This document shows positions 28,449 to 36,695 of a DNA stretch of 50,636 nt, in pieces (position 1 is the stretch's first letter; each line of letters starts with the position of its first letter). A model generated the notes under the pieces. It did no database searches, was not told the origin of the DNA, and saw only the letters and a list, made by a program, of their open reading frames with translations. Source of the DNA: Klebsiella phage vB_KpnS_SegesCirculi; sequence record MN013080.1, one strand, 5' to 3'. The translations under genes and the position numbers were made by a program.

Positions 28449-30485
28449 ATGCTCACAATTGAACAACAAATTGAAGCCTACGCAGATAAGATCCCGTTAA
28501 TACAAAAGCGGTTCACCGTCGGAAATATCGTTCCTTACCCGTATCAGGCTGTTGCGTATATTGAGACCGCGAAGCGGATCGCAAAATATGAACATCCGTT
28601 TTACATTAAGGCTTCGGTTTCCGCCGGGAAAACCATCATGATCGCCATGCTCGCAGCGCAGTGCAAGGCAATGAACTTACCCATGATGGTTCTTGCTCGC
28701 CAGGCCGAGATCGTGAAGCAGGATTCCGAGGAGATCAGTAACCTCGACGTTCCGAACTCCGTTTATTGCGCCGGGTTAGGCACGAAGGCGGCATACTTCC
28801 CGATCGTCGTCGGATCTGAAGGGACGGTGGTTAATGGTCTGTTTAAAATGCTGGGCGACTACGTGCCTTCAGTTCTGGCTATCGACGAATGCCACCAGGT
28901 TGACTGGCAGGATCTGGCGGAAGCGATCGCCAACAATGAATCGTTCGAGTACATGAGCCGACCGAAGGATAAGCCGTATCGCGTGAACGGGGAACTGGTC
29001 GATGTCGACCACCAATACGACGAAAAATTCGACGACGTAGAATTCGGCGGCGGTCGCACACAGTACACCATCGTCATTTGTGAGTTAATGCGGAGGTGCC
29101 TTGAGAAGACAGGGCGAGAACTTCGCATCGTTGGATATACGGGTTCTGAGTTTCGCGGCGTCATTCCGATTTTACAGGAAGACAAGAGCCAGCCTGGTTT
29201 TTGGCGCGAGCAGATCACCGACATTAACACAAACTATCTTGTCGAGTTCGGATCGGTTGTTCCCACCATTTTCGGCGATACCGAGGCGGATGGGTTGGGG
29301 TATGATCTTTCAGAATTTCATGGTTCCAGTCAGGACGGCACGCAGGATTTTAGCGCGGAAGAATTGCGCAAGATGGAAAAGAAAATCCATGAATCCGGCG
29401 AAATGACGAAGCTGATTATGCAAAAGGTCGTGGAGCGTGCGAAAACCCGAAACGGCGTCCTGATAACTTGCGCTGGCCAGCGGCATTGCAAGGAAGCGGC
29501 AAGCTATCTACCGCCGGACGCAACATACGCAATCATCACAGAGAAGACGAACTCAAAGAAACGCGGCGAAATTTTGGATAAGGCGAATCGCGGGGAGATT
29601 AAATACATCTTCCAGGTGATGGCCCTAACCACTGGCGTTAACGTTCCGTTTTGGGATTTTTCGGTGATATTGCGCAAGATCGGGTCGCTTACGTTGCTTA
29701 TTCAGCTTTTGGGGCGTGGAATGCGACTTCTAAAGGACTGGCAAAAACAGCCGCCTTACTCGTGGGTGAAAGAAGATCACCTTGTCTGGGATTTTGCCGG
29801 AACAATGGATGACCTGGGCCAGTTGTATTTCGATCCTATTCTTGAGCAGGCGCAATACCAAAGGCGCAAGAGCAGCAAGAACGGCCCGAAAATCTGCCCG
29901 GTATGCAAGGGAGAAAATAGCGAGTACGCCCGCCGATGCATCCACAAAGACAGCAACGGTAATCGTTGCGAATACTTCTGGATCTCGCAGCGCTGCGAAG
30001 ACCAGAAAGACCCACGAACAGGGAAGATTAAAGTAAAAGGGTGTTACGCTGAAAACGATATTGTTGCTCGCCAGTGCAGATGCTGCGGGGTGCAGCTTAA
30101 AGACCCCAATGACAATCTCACCGGGAAGCATTACACGCAAAATGACTGGTATCAGGTTGTAGGCTTTGATTTGGGATTGACACGAAACCAAAGCGGGATC
30201 ATCTTTAATTACGTGTTGCTCAACCATGACGGCGAGCGGTTCACGGCCAGGGAAAAATTCTTCCCTGAGTCAGAAAGTGCGATTTGCGGTAAGTTGTGGC
30301 GACAAAAGGCAGTCTTCCAGCATGTTGATGATGCTGTAATGCGTGGCAAGTTGGGCGGCATGAAAAACGCCCGCAAGATCCTGGAGTATGCTGAATACTT
30401 CCGCGCGCCGAAGCGCGTAACGCATCGCATCAACGGCAAGAAGGAGGACATTATTTCCCGCAAAGACTTTGGAGGCGAGGAGTGA
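28449..30485 (+). CDS. DEAD/DEAH-type superfamily 2 helicase
   Basis: Walker A VSAGKTIMI, DECH box (AIDECHQV), C-terminal zinc-binding cysteines. Confidence 0.88.
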   Translation: MLTIEQQIEAYADKIPLIQKRFTVGNIVPYPYQAVAYIETAKRIAKYEHPFYIKASVSAGKTIMIAMLAAQCKAMNLPMMVLARQAEIVKQDSEEISNLDVPNSVYCAGLGTKAAYFPIVVGSEGTVVNGLFKMLGDYVPSVLAIDECHQVDWQDLAEAIANNESFEYMSRPKDKPYRVNGELVDVDHQYDEKFDDVEFGGGRTQYTIVICELMRRCLEKTGRELRIVGYTGSEFRGVIPILQEDKSQPGFWREQITDINTNYLVEFGSVVPTIFGDTEADGLGYDLSEFHGSSQDGTQDFSAEELRKMEKKIHESGEMTKLIMQKVVERAKTRNGVLITCAGQRHCKEAASYLPPDATYAIITEKTNSKKRGEILDKANRGEIKYIFQVMALTTGVNVPFWDFSVILRKIGSLTLLIQLLGRGMRLLKDWQKQPPYSWVKEDHLVWDFAGTMDDLGQLYFDPILEQAQYQRRKSSKNGPKICPVCKGENSEYARRCIHKDSNGNRCEYFWISQRCEDQKDPRTGKIKVKGCYAENDIVARQCRCCGVQLKDPNDNLTGKHYTQNDWYQVVGFDLGLTRNQSGIIFNYVLLNHDGERFTAREKFFPESESAICGKLWRQKAVFQHVDDAVMRGKLGGMKNARKILEYAEYFRAPKRVTHRINGKKEDIISRKDFGGEE

Positions 30486-30889
30486 TTACAGACAAAGGGG
30501 ATTACCTCGAATATTACGGCGGGCCTGTAAAGGCTTGCCCGCTTGAAAAAATAGACCAGATGAACAGCGTTTCGTGGCTGCGTTACGAATACCCCGATTA
30601 TCTGTTCTGGCATACGGTCAACGAGGGCAGCAAGCACAAGGCGAGCGCCGTTGCAGATCATCAAATGGGATTGCTTAAAGGCGTAAGCGATATCCTTGTG
30701 CTGATTGGGCTTGGCGGCAAATACCCGTTCGCCGCCATTGAGCTAAAGCGCCAGGGCAAGGCGCAGGCGTCGCCAGTAAGTAAGGAGCAAAGGGAATTCC
30801 TTGCTGCCGTTCGTCGTCGCGGTGGCTTCGCTGCCGTTGCCTATGGCTTCGAGCAATTCAAGATCGCTTTCTGCGATGCCATCAAATAG
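30482..30889 (+). CDS. VRR-NUC domain nuclease
   Basis: GLLKGVSDILVLIG...YPFAAIELKRQGKAQ...SKEQREFLAAVRRRG. Confidence 0.85.
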   Translation: MITDKGDYLEYYGGPVKACPLEKIDQMNSVSWLRYEYPDYLFWHTVNEGSKHKASAVADHQMGLLKGVSDILVLIGLGGKYPFAAIELKRQGKAQASPVSKEQREFLAAVRRRGGFAAVAYGFEQFKIAFCDAIK

Positions 30890-30929
30890 CACTTTTTGTT
30901 AAAACTGCCCGGCGAAAGCCGGGTATTAT
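30887..30929 (+). promoter_or_regulatory. Early element TAGCACTTTTTGTTA-N22-TATTAT
   Basis: Element 30887-30901, -10 30924-30929; TAG is upstream stop codon. Confidence 0.7.
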
Positions 30930-30961
30930 TACCCCATCGAAACGAAGAACGGAGAAACATC

Positions 30962-31066
30962 ATGAAAAACTTCTTGTGGGTAATCGCATCAATCGGTTTT
31001 GGTATTGTGGCCACTGGCTTCGGCCTTTGGGTAATTACTCTTGCTGGTCATTTTAAGGGCTTCTAA
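30962..31066 (+). CDS. 34-aa single-TM peptide MKNFLWVIASIGFGIVATGFGLWVITLAGHFKGF
   Basis: SD GGAG; stop abuts next start (TAAATG); absent from supplied track. Confidence 0.6.
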   Translation: MKNFLWVIASIGFGIVATGFGLWVITLAGHFKGF

Positions 31067-31795
31067 ATGAAAGATATAGCAGACAAAGACACTCGTGACG
31101 CATTCATCACGTTTGAGCAATTGGAGCGCGAAACGTTTATTGGCAACGCCCTTGCTACTGGCGGACACTATCAGGCTGTCAGGCCCGACAAGTTTTACCA
31201 GGTAACAGGCAACCGATACGCCGGGAGCAAAACGCCTGATATCGTGCGCGATAAGTGGGCGACAGATCGCAGCCTGATCGCATACATGGAAGAGCGTTAC
31301 GGCCCTTACGATCTTGATGCCGCCGCAGACCAAAGCAACGCAGTTTGCCCGAAGTTCTACGACGAAAAAACGGATTGCCTTAAACGCTGGTGGGGGAAAA
31401 ATAAGCACGTTTGGCTGAATCCGCCTTACTCGTTTCCAGATCCGTTTATTCTCAAGGCCATTGAGCAAATGGAGCACGACAACCAGATCGACATTCTGCT
31501 ACCCGGCGACAATTCTACTGCCTGGTTCCGTGACGCGCAGAAGATGGCCGCCGAAATTATCTGGATTGTTGCGGATGTTGAAGAGGATGAAGACGGGAAC
31601 CAAGTAAGCCGTTCCGGTCGCCTCGCCTTCATCAACGGATTGAGCGGGAAACCAGTCGACAACAACAATAAGGGCAGCGTTATTTTCATCATGCGCAAAC
31701 TCAAGCCGGGAGAAGAGCAAAAAACGCTTTATATTCCGGTAAGCGAGATTTGCCCGTCATTAGCTAAAAAGCGTATGCGCAAACGTGGGATCTGA
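31067..31795 (+). CDS. Phage DNA N-6-adenine methyltransferase (Dam-like)
   Basis: DLDAAA...WLNPPYS motifs, phage Dam family. Confidence 0.88.
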   Translation: MKDIADKDTRDAFITFEQLERETFIGNALATGGHYQAVRPDKFYQVTGNRYAGSKTPDIVRDKWATDRSLIAYMEERYGPYDLDAAADQSNAVCPKFYDEKTDCLKRWWGKNKHVWLNPPYSFPDPFILKAIEQMEHDNQIDILLPGDNSTAWFRDAQKMAAEIIWIVADVEEDEDGNQVSRSGRLAFINGLSGKPVDNNNKGSVIFIMRKLKPGEEQKTLYIPVSEICPSLAKKRMRKRGI

Positions 31796-31798
31796 AAA

Positions 31799-32035
31799 AT
31801 GGAACAGATAGAATCTTTCACCGAGTATCTTCGGATCGTTGTTGAATTGCTGGACAAATACGGCTTCATTGGGACGGATGAGGAAAAGTTAGCCTTTGCT
31901 GACACCATCGACGGAACCTACCTGGAGTTCATGGACAACGGAACCCCGGTCGCTGACTGGCCAGAAATTCTTGAACGAGAATTGATTGAGTTTAAATCGC
32001 ATGAAGGCGCGGAGTATTTCGCAAAACAGCACTAA
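31799..32035 (+). CDS. Hypothetical protein
   Basis: Operonic, 78 aa. Confidence 0.65.
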   Translation: MEQIESFTEYLRIVVELLDKYGFIGTDEEKLAFADTIDGTYLEFMDNGTPVADWPEILERELIEFKSHEGAEYFAKQH

Positions 32036-32069
32036 TTGCTAAACAATACCCGCCGCGTGCGGGTATTAT
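32027..32069 (+). promoter_or_regulatory. Early element CAGCACTAATTGCTA-N22-TATTAT
   Basis: Element 32027-32041, -10 32064-32069. Confidence 0.7.
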
Positions 32070-32099
32070 TACTCCATCAACCAATCAGGAGCAAACGCC

Positions 32100-32336
32100 A
32101 TGAAAACAAAAACCATTGCAGACACCATCAAGATCGTACCAGCAAAAGCGCAAGTGGTATCTCGCCACCTTGTTAACCTTTCTCGCCTGTGCATGGCCGA
32201 CTACATGGCGAACCCTTCAGAGAATGGCCTTGATGGTGTGGTCGGTGAGATTTATTTTCGCGCCGGGTACGGCCTTGAAAGCGTGGCCATGTATGAGCAA
32301 ATGGCCGAAGGTTTTTGCATTTACGGTGACGAATGA
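32100..32336 (+). CDS. Hypothetical protein
   Basis: 78 aa, follows early element and SD CAGGAG. Confidence 0.7.
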   Translation: MKTKTIADTIKIVPAKAQVVSRHLVNLSRLCMADYMANPSENGLDGVVGEIYFRAGYGLESVAMYEQMAEGFCIYGDE

Positions 32337-32584
32337 TGATTGTAGAGACTGGTCGCGCTGCCGTATGGCAGCACGCTAAAGAAGCAGGAATAAGCGATGA
32401 TATCGTGAAGATCGCAAAGTATTTCGATATCAAAGACATATCAATTATCTTTGGTGGGAAGCTCACCTACCTACACGAGCGCCCGGTGAAGCGCACGCGA
32501 ATAGCAGTAGCAACGCGTGCGGAGGCCGACGCGCTGAAGATGTTCATACATGAGTCTAAGCAGGAGAGGAAGTATTACAAGTAG
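32333..32584 (+). CDS. Hypothetical protein
   Basis: 83 aa, ATGA overlap. Confidence 0.65.
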   Translation: MMIVETGRAAVWQHAKEAGISDDIVKIAKYFDIKDISIIFGGKLTYLHERPVKRTRIAVATRAEADALKMFIHESKQERKYYK

Positions 32585-32598
32585 CGGGAGCGTGCAGA

Positions 32599-32676
32599 AT
32601 GCGATATATTGCGATCTTATTTACGGCGATCCTGTTTACGATCGCAATCATTAACTATGCAATTCAATTGGGATAA
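32599..32676 (+). CDS. 25-aa TM peptide MRYIAILFTAILFTIAIINYAIQLG
   Basis: ORF between two genes, 3 nt before next ATG; absent from supplied track. Confidence 0.45.
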   Translation: MRYIAILFTAILFTIAIINYAIQLG

Positions 32677-32679
32677 ATT

Positions 32680-33810
32680 ATGTCACCTAAAATCACAGAC
32701 GAAGAATTCCTTGCTGCCCGCGAAGAAGGTAAAACCTACCGCGAGATCGCGGAAGAGTTCGGCATGAACATTCGAAGCGTTGAACGTCGCGGAGTTCGCC
32801 TGGCGCGACAAGGACACCTACACGGAAACGCCCACGTTGCGAAGCATATCCCGGACGGCTTCGGGGTCAAAGGCACGTCGACGATGATTCGCGCGGACGG
32901 CTCCGAGGTCGTTCGGTGGGTTAAGTCGGAAGTAGACCGCGATCGCATGGTCGCGCTTATGGAGGCGGCGCAGGCGGCTTTCTGCGAAGACCTGCCGCGA
33001 GCCGAACCGCAACCGCTGGATGAATCGAAGTTCTACATTGAAGATCAGCTTGCCCTGTACCCGATCTTCGACTTGCATATCGGGGCGATGGCGCACAAGC
33101 ACGAATGCGGCGAGAACTATGACACCAGCACGGCTGAGAAGGTTCTAAACCGCTTCTTTGATTATTCCGTGTCGGTGGCTCCGCAATCCCAAAAGGCTGT
33201 TTTGCTGGTTGGCGGTGACTTCCTTCACAGCGACGGCCTGGACGCAGTAACCCCGGCAAGTGGTCACGTTCTCGACCAGGACAGCCGATACGCAAAACTT
33301 GTTTATGTTGCCATCCGCTCGCTGCGTCGCGCCGTGTCGCTACTGCTTAACAATCACGCAGAAGTTGAAGTGCAGGTGATTGAAGGCAACCACGACCAGG
33401 CTGGGATGATTTGGCTACGCGCAGCGCTGGCGGCGTTCTATGAGAATGAGCCTCGCGTTTTCGTTGATGTTAGTCCGGCGATCCTGCATCGCACCTTGTG
33501 GGGCAAAACCATGCTGGGCTATACGCATGGCCACACGATGAAAAAGCCGGAAACTCGCCTTGCCGCTATGGCTACCGACTTCCGTAAGGAGTTCGGCCAG
33601 TGCGACTACATTTACACGCATTCCGGCCACTGGCATCACCAGACTGTAACGGAACACTCGTTAGGAATTGACGAAGTGCATGGCCAGTTAGGCGCAAAAG
33701 ATGCCTACGCCGCACGCGGAGGATGGCGTTCATACCGACAGGCTGCGGTGATTCTGTACAGCAAAGAATATGGCGAAGTAGGCCGCTTTATCTACCGTCC
33801 GAACATGTAA
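32680..33810 (+). CDS. Calcineurin-like metallophosphoesterase with N-terminal HTH
   Basis: DLHIG...GGDFLH...GNHD...GHTMKK...GHWHH motifs. Confidence 0.85.
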   Translation: MSPKITDEEFLAAREEGKTYREIAEEFGMNIRSVERRGVRLARQGHLHGNAHVAKHIPDGFGVKGTSTMIRADGSEVVRWVKSEVDRDRMVALMEAAQAAFCEDLPRAEPQPLDESKFYIEDQLALYPIFDLHIGAMAHKHECGENYDTSTAEKVLNRFFDYSVSVAPQSQKAVLLVGGDFLHSDGLDAVTPASGHVLDQDSRYAKLVYVAIRSLRRAVSLLLNNHAEVEVQVIEGNHDQAGMIWLRAALAAFYENEPRVFVDVSPAILHRTLWGKTMLGYTHGHTMKKPETRLAAMATDFRKEFGQCDYIYTHSGHWHHQTVTEHSLGIDEVHGQLGAKDAYAARGGWRSYRQAAVILYSKEYGEVGRFIYRPNM

Positions 33811-33817
33811 CCACAAC

Positions 33818-33833
33818 GGCCCCGCGAGGGGCC
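33818..33833 (+). other. Stem-loop GGCCCC-GCGA-GGGGCC, no U-tract
   Basis: Perfect 6-bp stem with GNRA loop. Confidence 0.6.
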
Positions 33834-33847
33834 AACAAGGAAAACCG

Positions 33848-34336
33848 ATGAATAGAAATATCTGCATTTTCGATCTCGATGGCACGCTTTCCGACGGAAC
33901 CCACCGCTTGCACCTGCTGCCGAAAAAAGATCTCCACCTTACAGAAAGTTGGAGCGAATTTAATGGCGCGTCAATTGGAGACAGCCCAATCCAAAGCACT
34001 ATTGACGTGGCGAATGCGCTTTATCGATCCGGAATGACCGTTATCATCCTGACTGGCCGATCCGATGAGGTGAAGACCGAAACAATGATTTGGCTTGACC
34101 GCTACGGGGTGAAATATGACAGCCTAATCATGCGCCGCGCCAGCGATAACCGTAAAGACATGGTAATCAAGGAGGAGGAGTTACGCAAAATCGGACTTGA
34201 TCGCATTGTTGCGGCATGGGATGATTCACCCAATGTTATTGCGCACTTGCGCGGCCTGGGTATTACGACTTACCAGGTCTGCGACTACGGCGAAAATCTT
34301 CACGAGCACTTGAAATCTCACGGAGTAGACAAATGA
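33848..34336 (+). CDS. HAD-superfamily phosphatase (polynucleotide 3'-phosphatase-like)
   Basis: FDLDGTLSDGTHR, VIILTGR, AWDDSP motifs. Confidence 0.85.
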   Translation: MNRNICIFDLDGTLSDGTHRLHLLPKKDLHLTESWSEFNGASIGDSPIQSTIDVANALYRSGMTVIILTGRSDEVKTETMIWLDRYGVKYDSLIMRRASDNRKDMVIKEEELRKIGLDRIVAAWDDSPNVIAHLRGLGITTYQVCDYGENLHEHLKSHGVDK

Positions 34337-34914
34337 AAAATGTAATTATCCTCAATGGAGCGCCTGGCATCGGAAAGGACACTATCGCGGAAATCATCTC
34401 GCGGAAGTGGGAATACAAGAACCTTAGCTTCAAACAGCCGATGTTTGCCATTGCTCGTGCTGTGCTGGGATCGGCTGATTTTGCACGCTTTACTGCCAGA
34501 TACCACGATCGCAAGCACAAAGAAGTGAAATGCGATTTTTTGGGCGACCGTTCTCCGCGTGAATTCATGATTCACATTAGCGAAAATTTCGTCAAACCGA
34601 CCCTTGGCAAAAATCAGTTCGGCAAGTTGCTTTGCGATTCAGCGCTAACTTCGCCGTTTAACTGCATCGTCAGCGACGGCGGTTTTGATGAGGAGGTCGA
34701 GCACGTCGCAGTGCATGAGGCGCTTAACGTGTTTGTCGTCCGCCTTCATCGTGACGGCATGACCTTTGAGGGTGATAGCCGAAAGCATATTCGACGCCCG
34801 GATCTTATTTGCGACACTTACCATGAACTCGATTTTGATATGACCACTGGCGAGCCGGAAGACGACGCGCAAAAAATCCTTGATATGGTGTCAGATGTTG
34901 CATTAAAATTATAA
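34333..34914 (+). CDS. P-loop kinase (deoxynucleoside monophosphate kinase-like)
   Basis: NGAPGIGKDTIAEII Walker A; GDRSPREFM. Confidence 0.75.
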   Translation: MKNVIILNGAPGIGKDTIAEIISRKWEYKNLSFKQPMFAIARAVLGSADFARFTARYHDRKHKEVKCDFLGDRSPREFMIHISENFVKPTLGKNQFGKLLCDSALTSPFNCIVSDGGFDEEVEHVAVHEALNVFVVRLHRDGMTFEGDSRKHIRRPDLICDTYHELDFDMTTGEPEDDAQKILDMVSDVALKL

Positions 34915-34948
34915 AGTTAATGCCTTTATTATCATCACCTTAACTATT

Positions 34949-34975
34949 GGGAACCTTGATGGGTTCCCTTTTTTT
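34949..34975 (+). terminator. Intrinsic terminator GGGAACC-TTGAT-GGGTTCCC-T7
   Basis: Stem plus U-tract. Confidence 0.88.
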
Positions 34976-35039
34976 GTTCTTAATTTGGCCTAATGCATAT
35001 ATCATCACCTTACCATTTAACTAACAGAGGTTGCATATC

Positions 35040-35255
35040 ATGCGAGAATTCATCAACGCGGCAACCAATAGCAGCGGTGGCGTTGCCCTAGCGGGATCTG
35101 CAACCGGGCAATTAATCATTGCTGCCATTGGCTTATTTTTCATGATTCTATTCGGCTCCTTCGGCGCGTGGTTGCGCTGGCGAGATTCAAAGGCGCTTCG
35201 TGAAGTGCTGGAAGCCGGGGATATCAAAACGGCGGTGAAGATCAGGAGTAAATAA
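35040..35255 (+). CDS. Holin-like protein
   Basis: 71 aa, one TM segment followed by charged tail, adjacent to endolysin. Confidence 0.6.
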   Translation: MREFINAATNSSGGVALAGSATGQLIIAAIGLFFMILFGSFGAWLRWRDSKALREVLEAGDIKTAVKIRSK

Positions 35256-35256
35256 C

Positions 35257-35739
35257 ATGGGGATTAAAACGCGGGTTACATTCGCGGCGGCGATGGCGAT
35301 CGCTGTCGCTTTCCTTCCGAAAGTGGAGGACACAAAATACAAAGTTTATACCGATATCGCTGGCGTCCCGACAGTATGCGAAGGCATCACAGGCCCGGAC
35401 GTTATCAAGGGGAAAACCTATACCCGGTCAGAGTGCGACGCGCTTTTAACCAAGCATATCCAGGTGGCGAAGCGAACCGTTGACAGCAAAATCAAAGTCG
35501 ATGTTCCGGACACCTTCAGGGCGTCGATGTACAGCTTTACGTTCAACGCTGGCGGCGGCGCATATTCTGGCAGCACCATGCTGAAATTAACGAACCAGGG
35601 CCGATTGCGCGAGGCGTGCGAGCAGCTATATCGCTGGACGTACTACCGCAACCCGAAAACGGGAAAGATGGAGAAGTCAAAAGGCTTGTATAATCGCAGG
35701 GTTCAGGAATATCAACTATGCATTAAGGATCTGAAATGA
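35257..35739 (+). CDS. Endolysin, GH24 lysozyme with likely SAR N-terminus
   Basis: E-8-D-5-T spacing in [17 protein letters not shown]; weakly hydrophobic [12 protein letters not shown]-terminus. Confidence 0.88.
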   Translation: MGIKTRVTFAAAMAIAVAFLPKVEDTKYKVYTDIAGVPTVCEGITGPDVIKGKTYTRSECDALLTKHIQVAKRTVDSKIKVDVPDTFRASMYSFTFNAGGGAYSGSTMLKLTNQGRLREACEQLYRWTYYRNPKTGKMEKSKGLYNRRVQEYQLCIKDLK

Positions 35740-36161
35740 GCACATTAAATTTTCAACGAGCGCTGGCCATCGGTTTTATCGTGTGGGCGGTTGCTATCGT
35801 TTCCGGTTGCGCGTCAAGCGTCCCGATCCTTTCCGATCTGGTTGGCAGCAAGCCGGATATGACGGCGCAAGTCGGCGCGGAGAACGTGAAACAGGCGGTT
35901 GGCGTGACGAACAAAACGGACACCTCAAGCAAGCAGGAGACCACGTTCAAAGAGTCGGCGGTAGGGAAGGTTGACACGTCGAACAAGAAATCCGTGACGA
36001 CCTCCAGCATTCACGCCAACCAGATCACGGCGGACAAGATCGAGATCCGGAACGATGAAAGCGGAAGCCTGATTCCGTGGCTGATTGGTGGCGTTGGGGT
36101 AGCAATGCTGGCGGTCGGTGTGTTCGGTCTTTGGCGGGAACGAAAAAACAAAGGGGCGTAA
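35736..36161 (+). CDS. Unimolecular spanin (u-spanin) candidate
   Basis: N-terminal lipobox IVSGC plus C-terminal [24 protein letters not shown]; no separate Rz/Rz1. Confidence 0.7.
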   Translation: MSTLNFQRALAIGFIVWAVAIVSGCASSVPILSDLVGSKPDMTAQVGAENVKQAVGVTNKTDTSSKQETTFKESAVGKVDTSNKKSVTTSSIHANQITADKIEIRNDESGSLIPWLIGGVGVAMLAVGVFGLWRERKNKGA

Positions 36162-36172
36162 TGCCCCTTTTT
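36151..36172. terminator. Bidirectional terminator AAAGGGGC-gtaat-GCCCCTTTTT
   Basis: Between convergent genes. Confidence 0.8.
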
Positions 36173-36376
36173 CTATATGTACCGCTTGACGTGCAATAGC
36201 GCTACTCCGTCCTCATCGTTAAGACCATGTTCAACCGTGTTGGTTGCTGCCATTCCTTGATAGAGCAAGATGAGCGCGGCACGCAAGTAATTTTCTGGTG
36301 TGATCTGTTTCACGCAAACAAGCCTGTGAACCTCCGTTATCAGATCTTCCACCTGGTTTCCCGAAAAGCTGTTCAT
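36173..36376 (-). CDS. Hypothetical protein or frameshift extension of the 36231-36692 ORF
   Basis: 67 aa; natural-looking composition; overlaps previous gene by about 145 nt. Confidence 0.4.
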   Translation of the reverse strand: MNSFSGNQVEDLITEVHRLVCVKQITPENYLRAALILLYQGMAATNTVEHGLNDEDGVALLHVKRYI

Positions 36377-36692
36377 CACTGAGTTGGTCAAGGTGCATCA
36401 TCTCCCACATATATCGGTTATCCATCCCTTCGAACGACCGGAAATCAAAACCTATCTCCCTGTTATCCGGCCCCGTACACCACACAGCGCCGTTTTTTCC
36501 GTCAAGGTATCCATTCGTATAGCTTCGCGCTAAAAACTCCTTAGACACCATTGAGGCGAACATACGTTGCGACACGTTGGCAGCTTTTGCCAGGCGAGGC
36601 GCTTCGCGGTGCATATAGACGAACTTCGCAAAATCCTGCCGGGTGAATTCCCGGCGAGATTCGCAGAACTTGTAAATGTCAAGAATGAACAT
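36231..36692 (-). CDS. Hypothetical protein (HTH-like N-terminal half)
   Basis: Directly follows DUF3987 stop. Confidence 0.55.
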   Translation of the reverse strand: MFILDIYKFCESRREFTRQDFAKFVYMHREAPRLAKAANVSQRMFASMVSKEFLARSYTNGYLDGKNGAVWCTGPDNREIGFDFRSFEGMDNRYMWEMMHLDQLSDEQLFGKPGGRSDNGGSQACLRETDHTRKLLACRAHLALSRNGSNQHG

Positions 36693-36695
36693 CAA

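Noticed and set aside
32173-32466. Minus-strand 97-aa ORF opposite two early genes
   Set aside because: Antisense to two well placed small genes following an early element.
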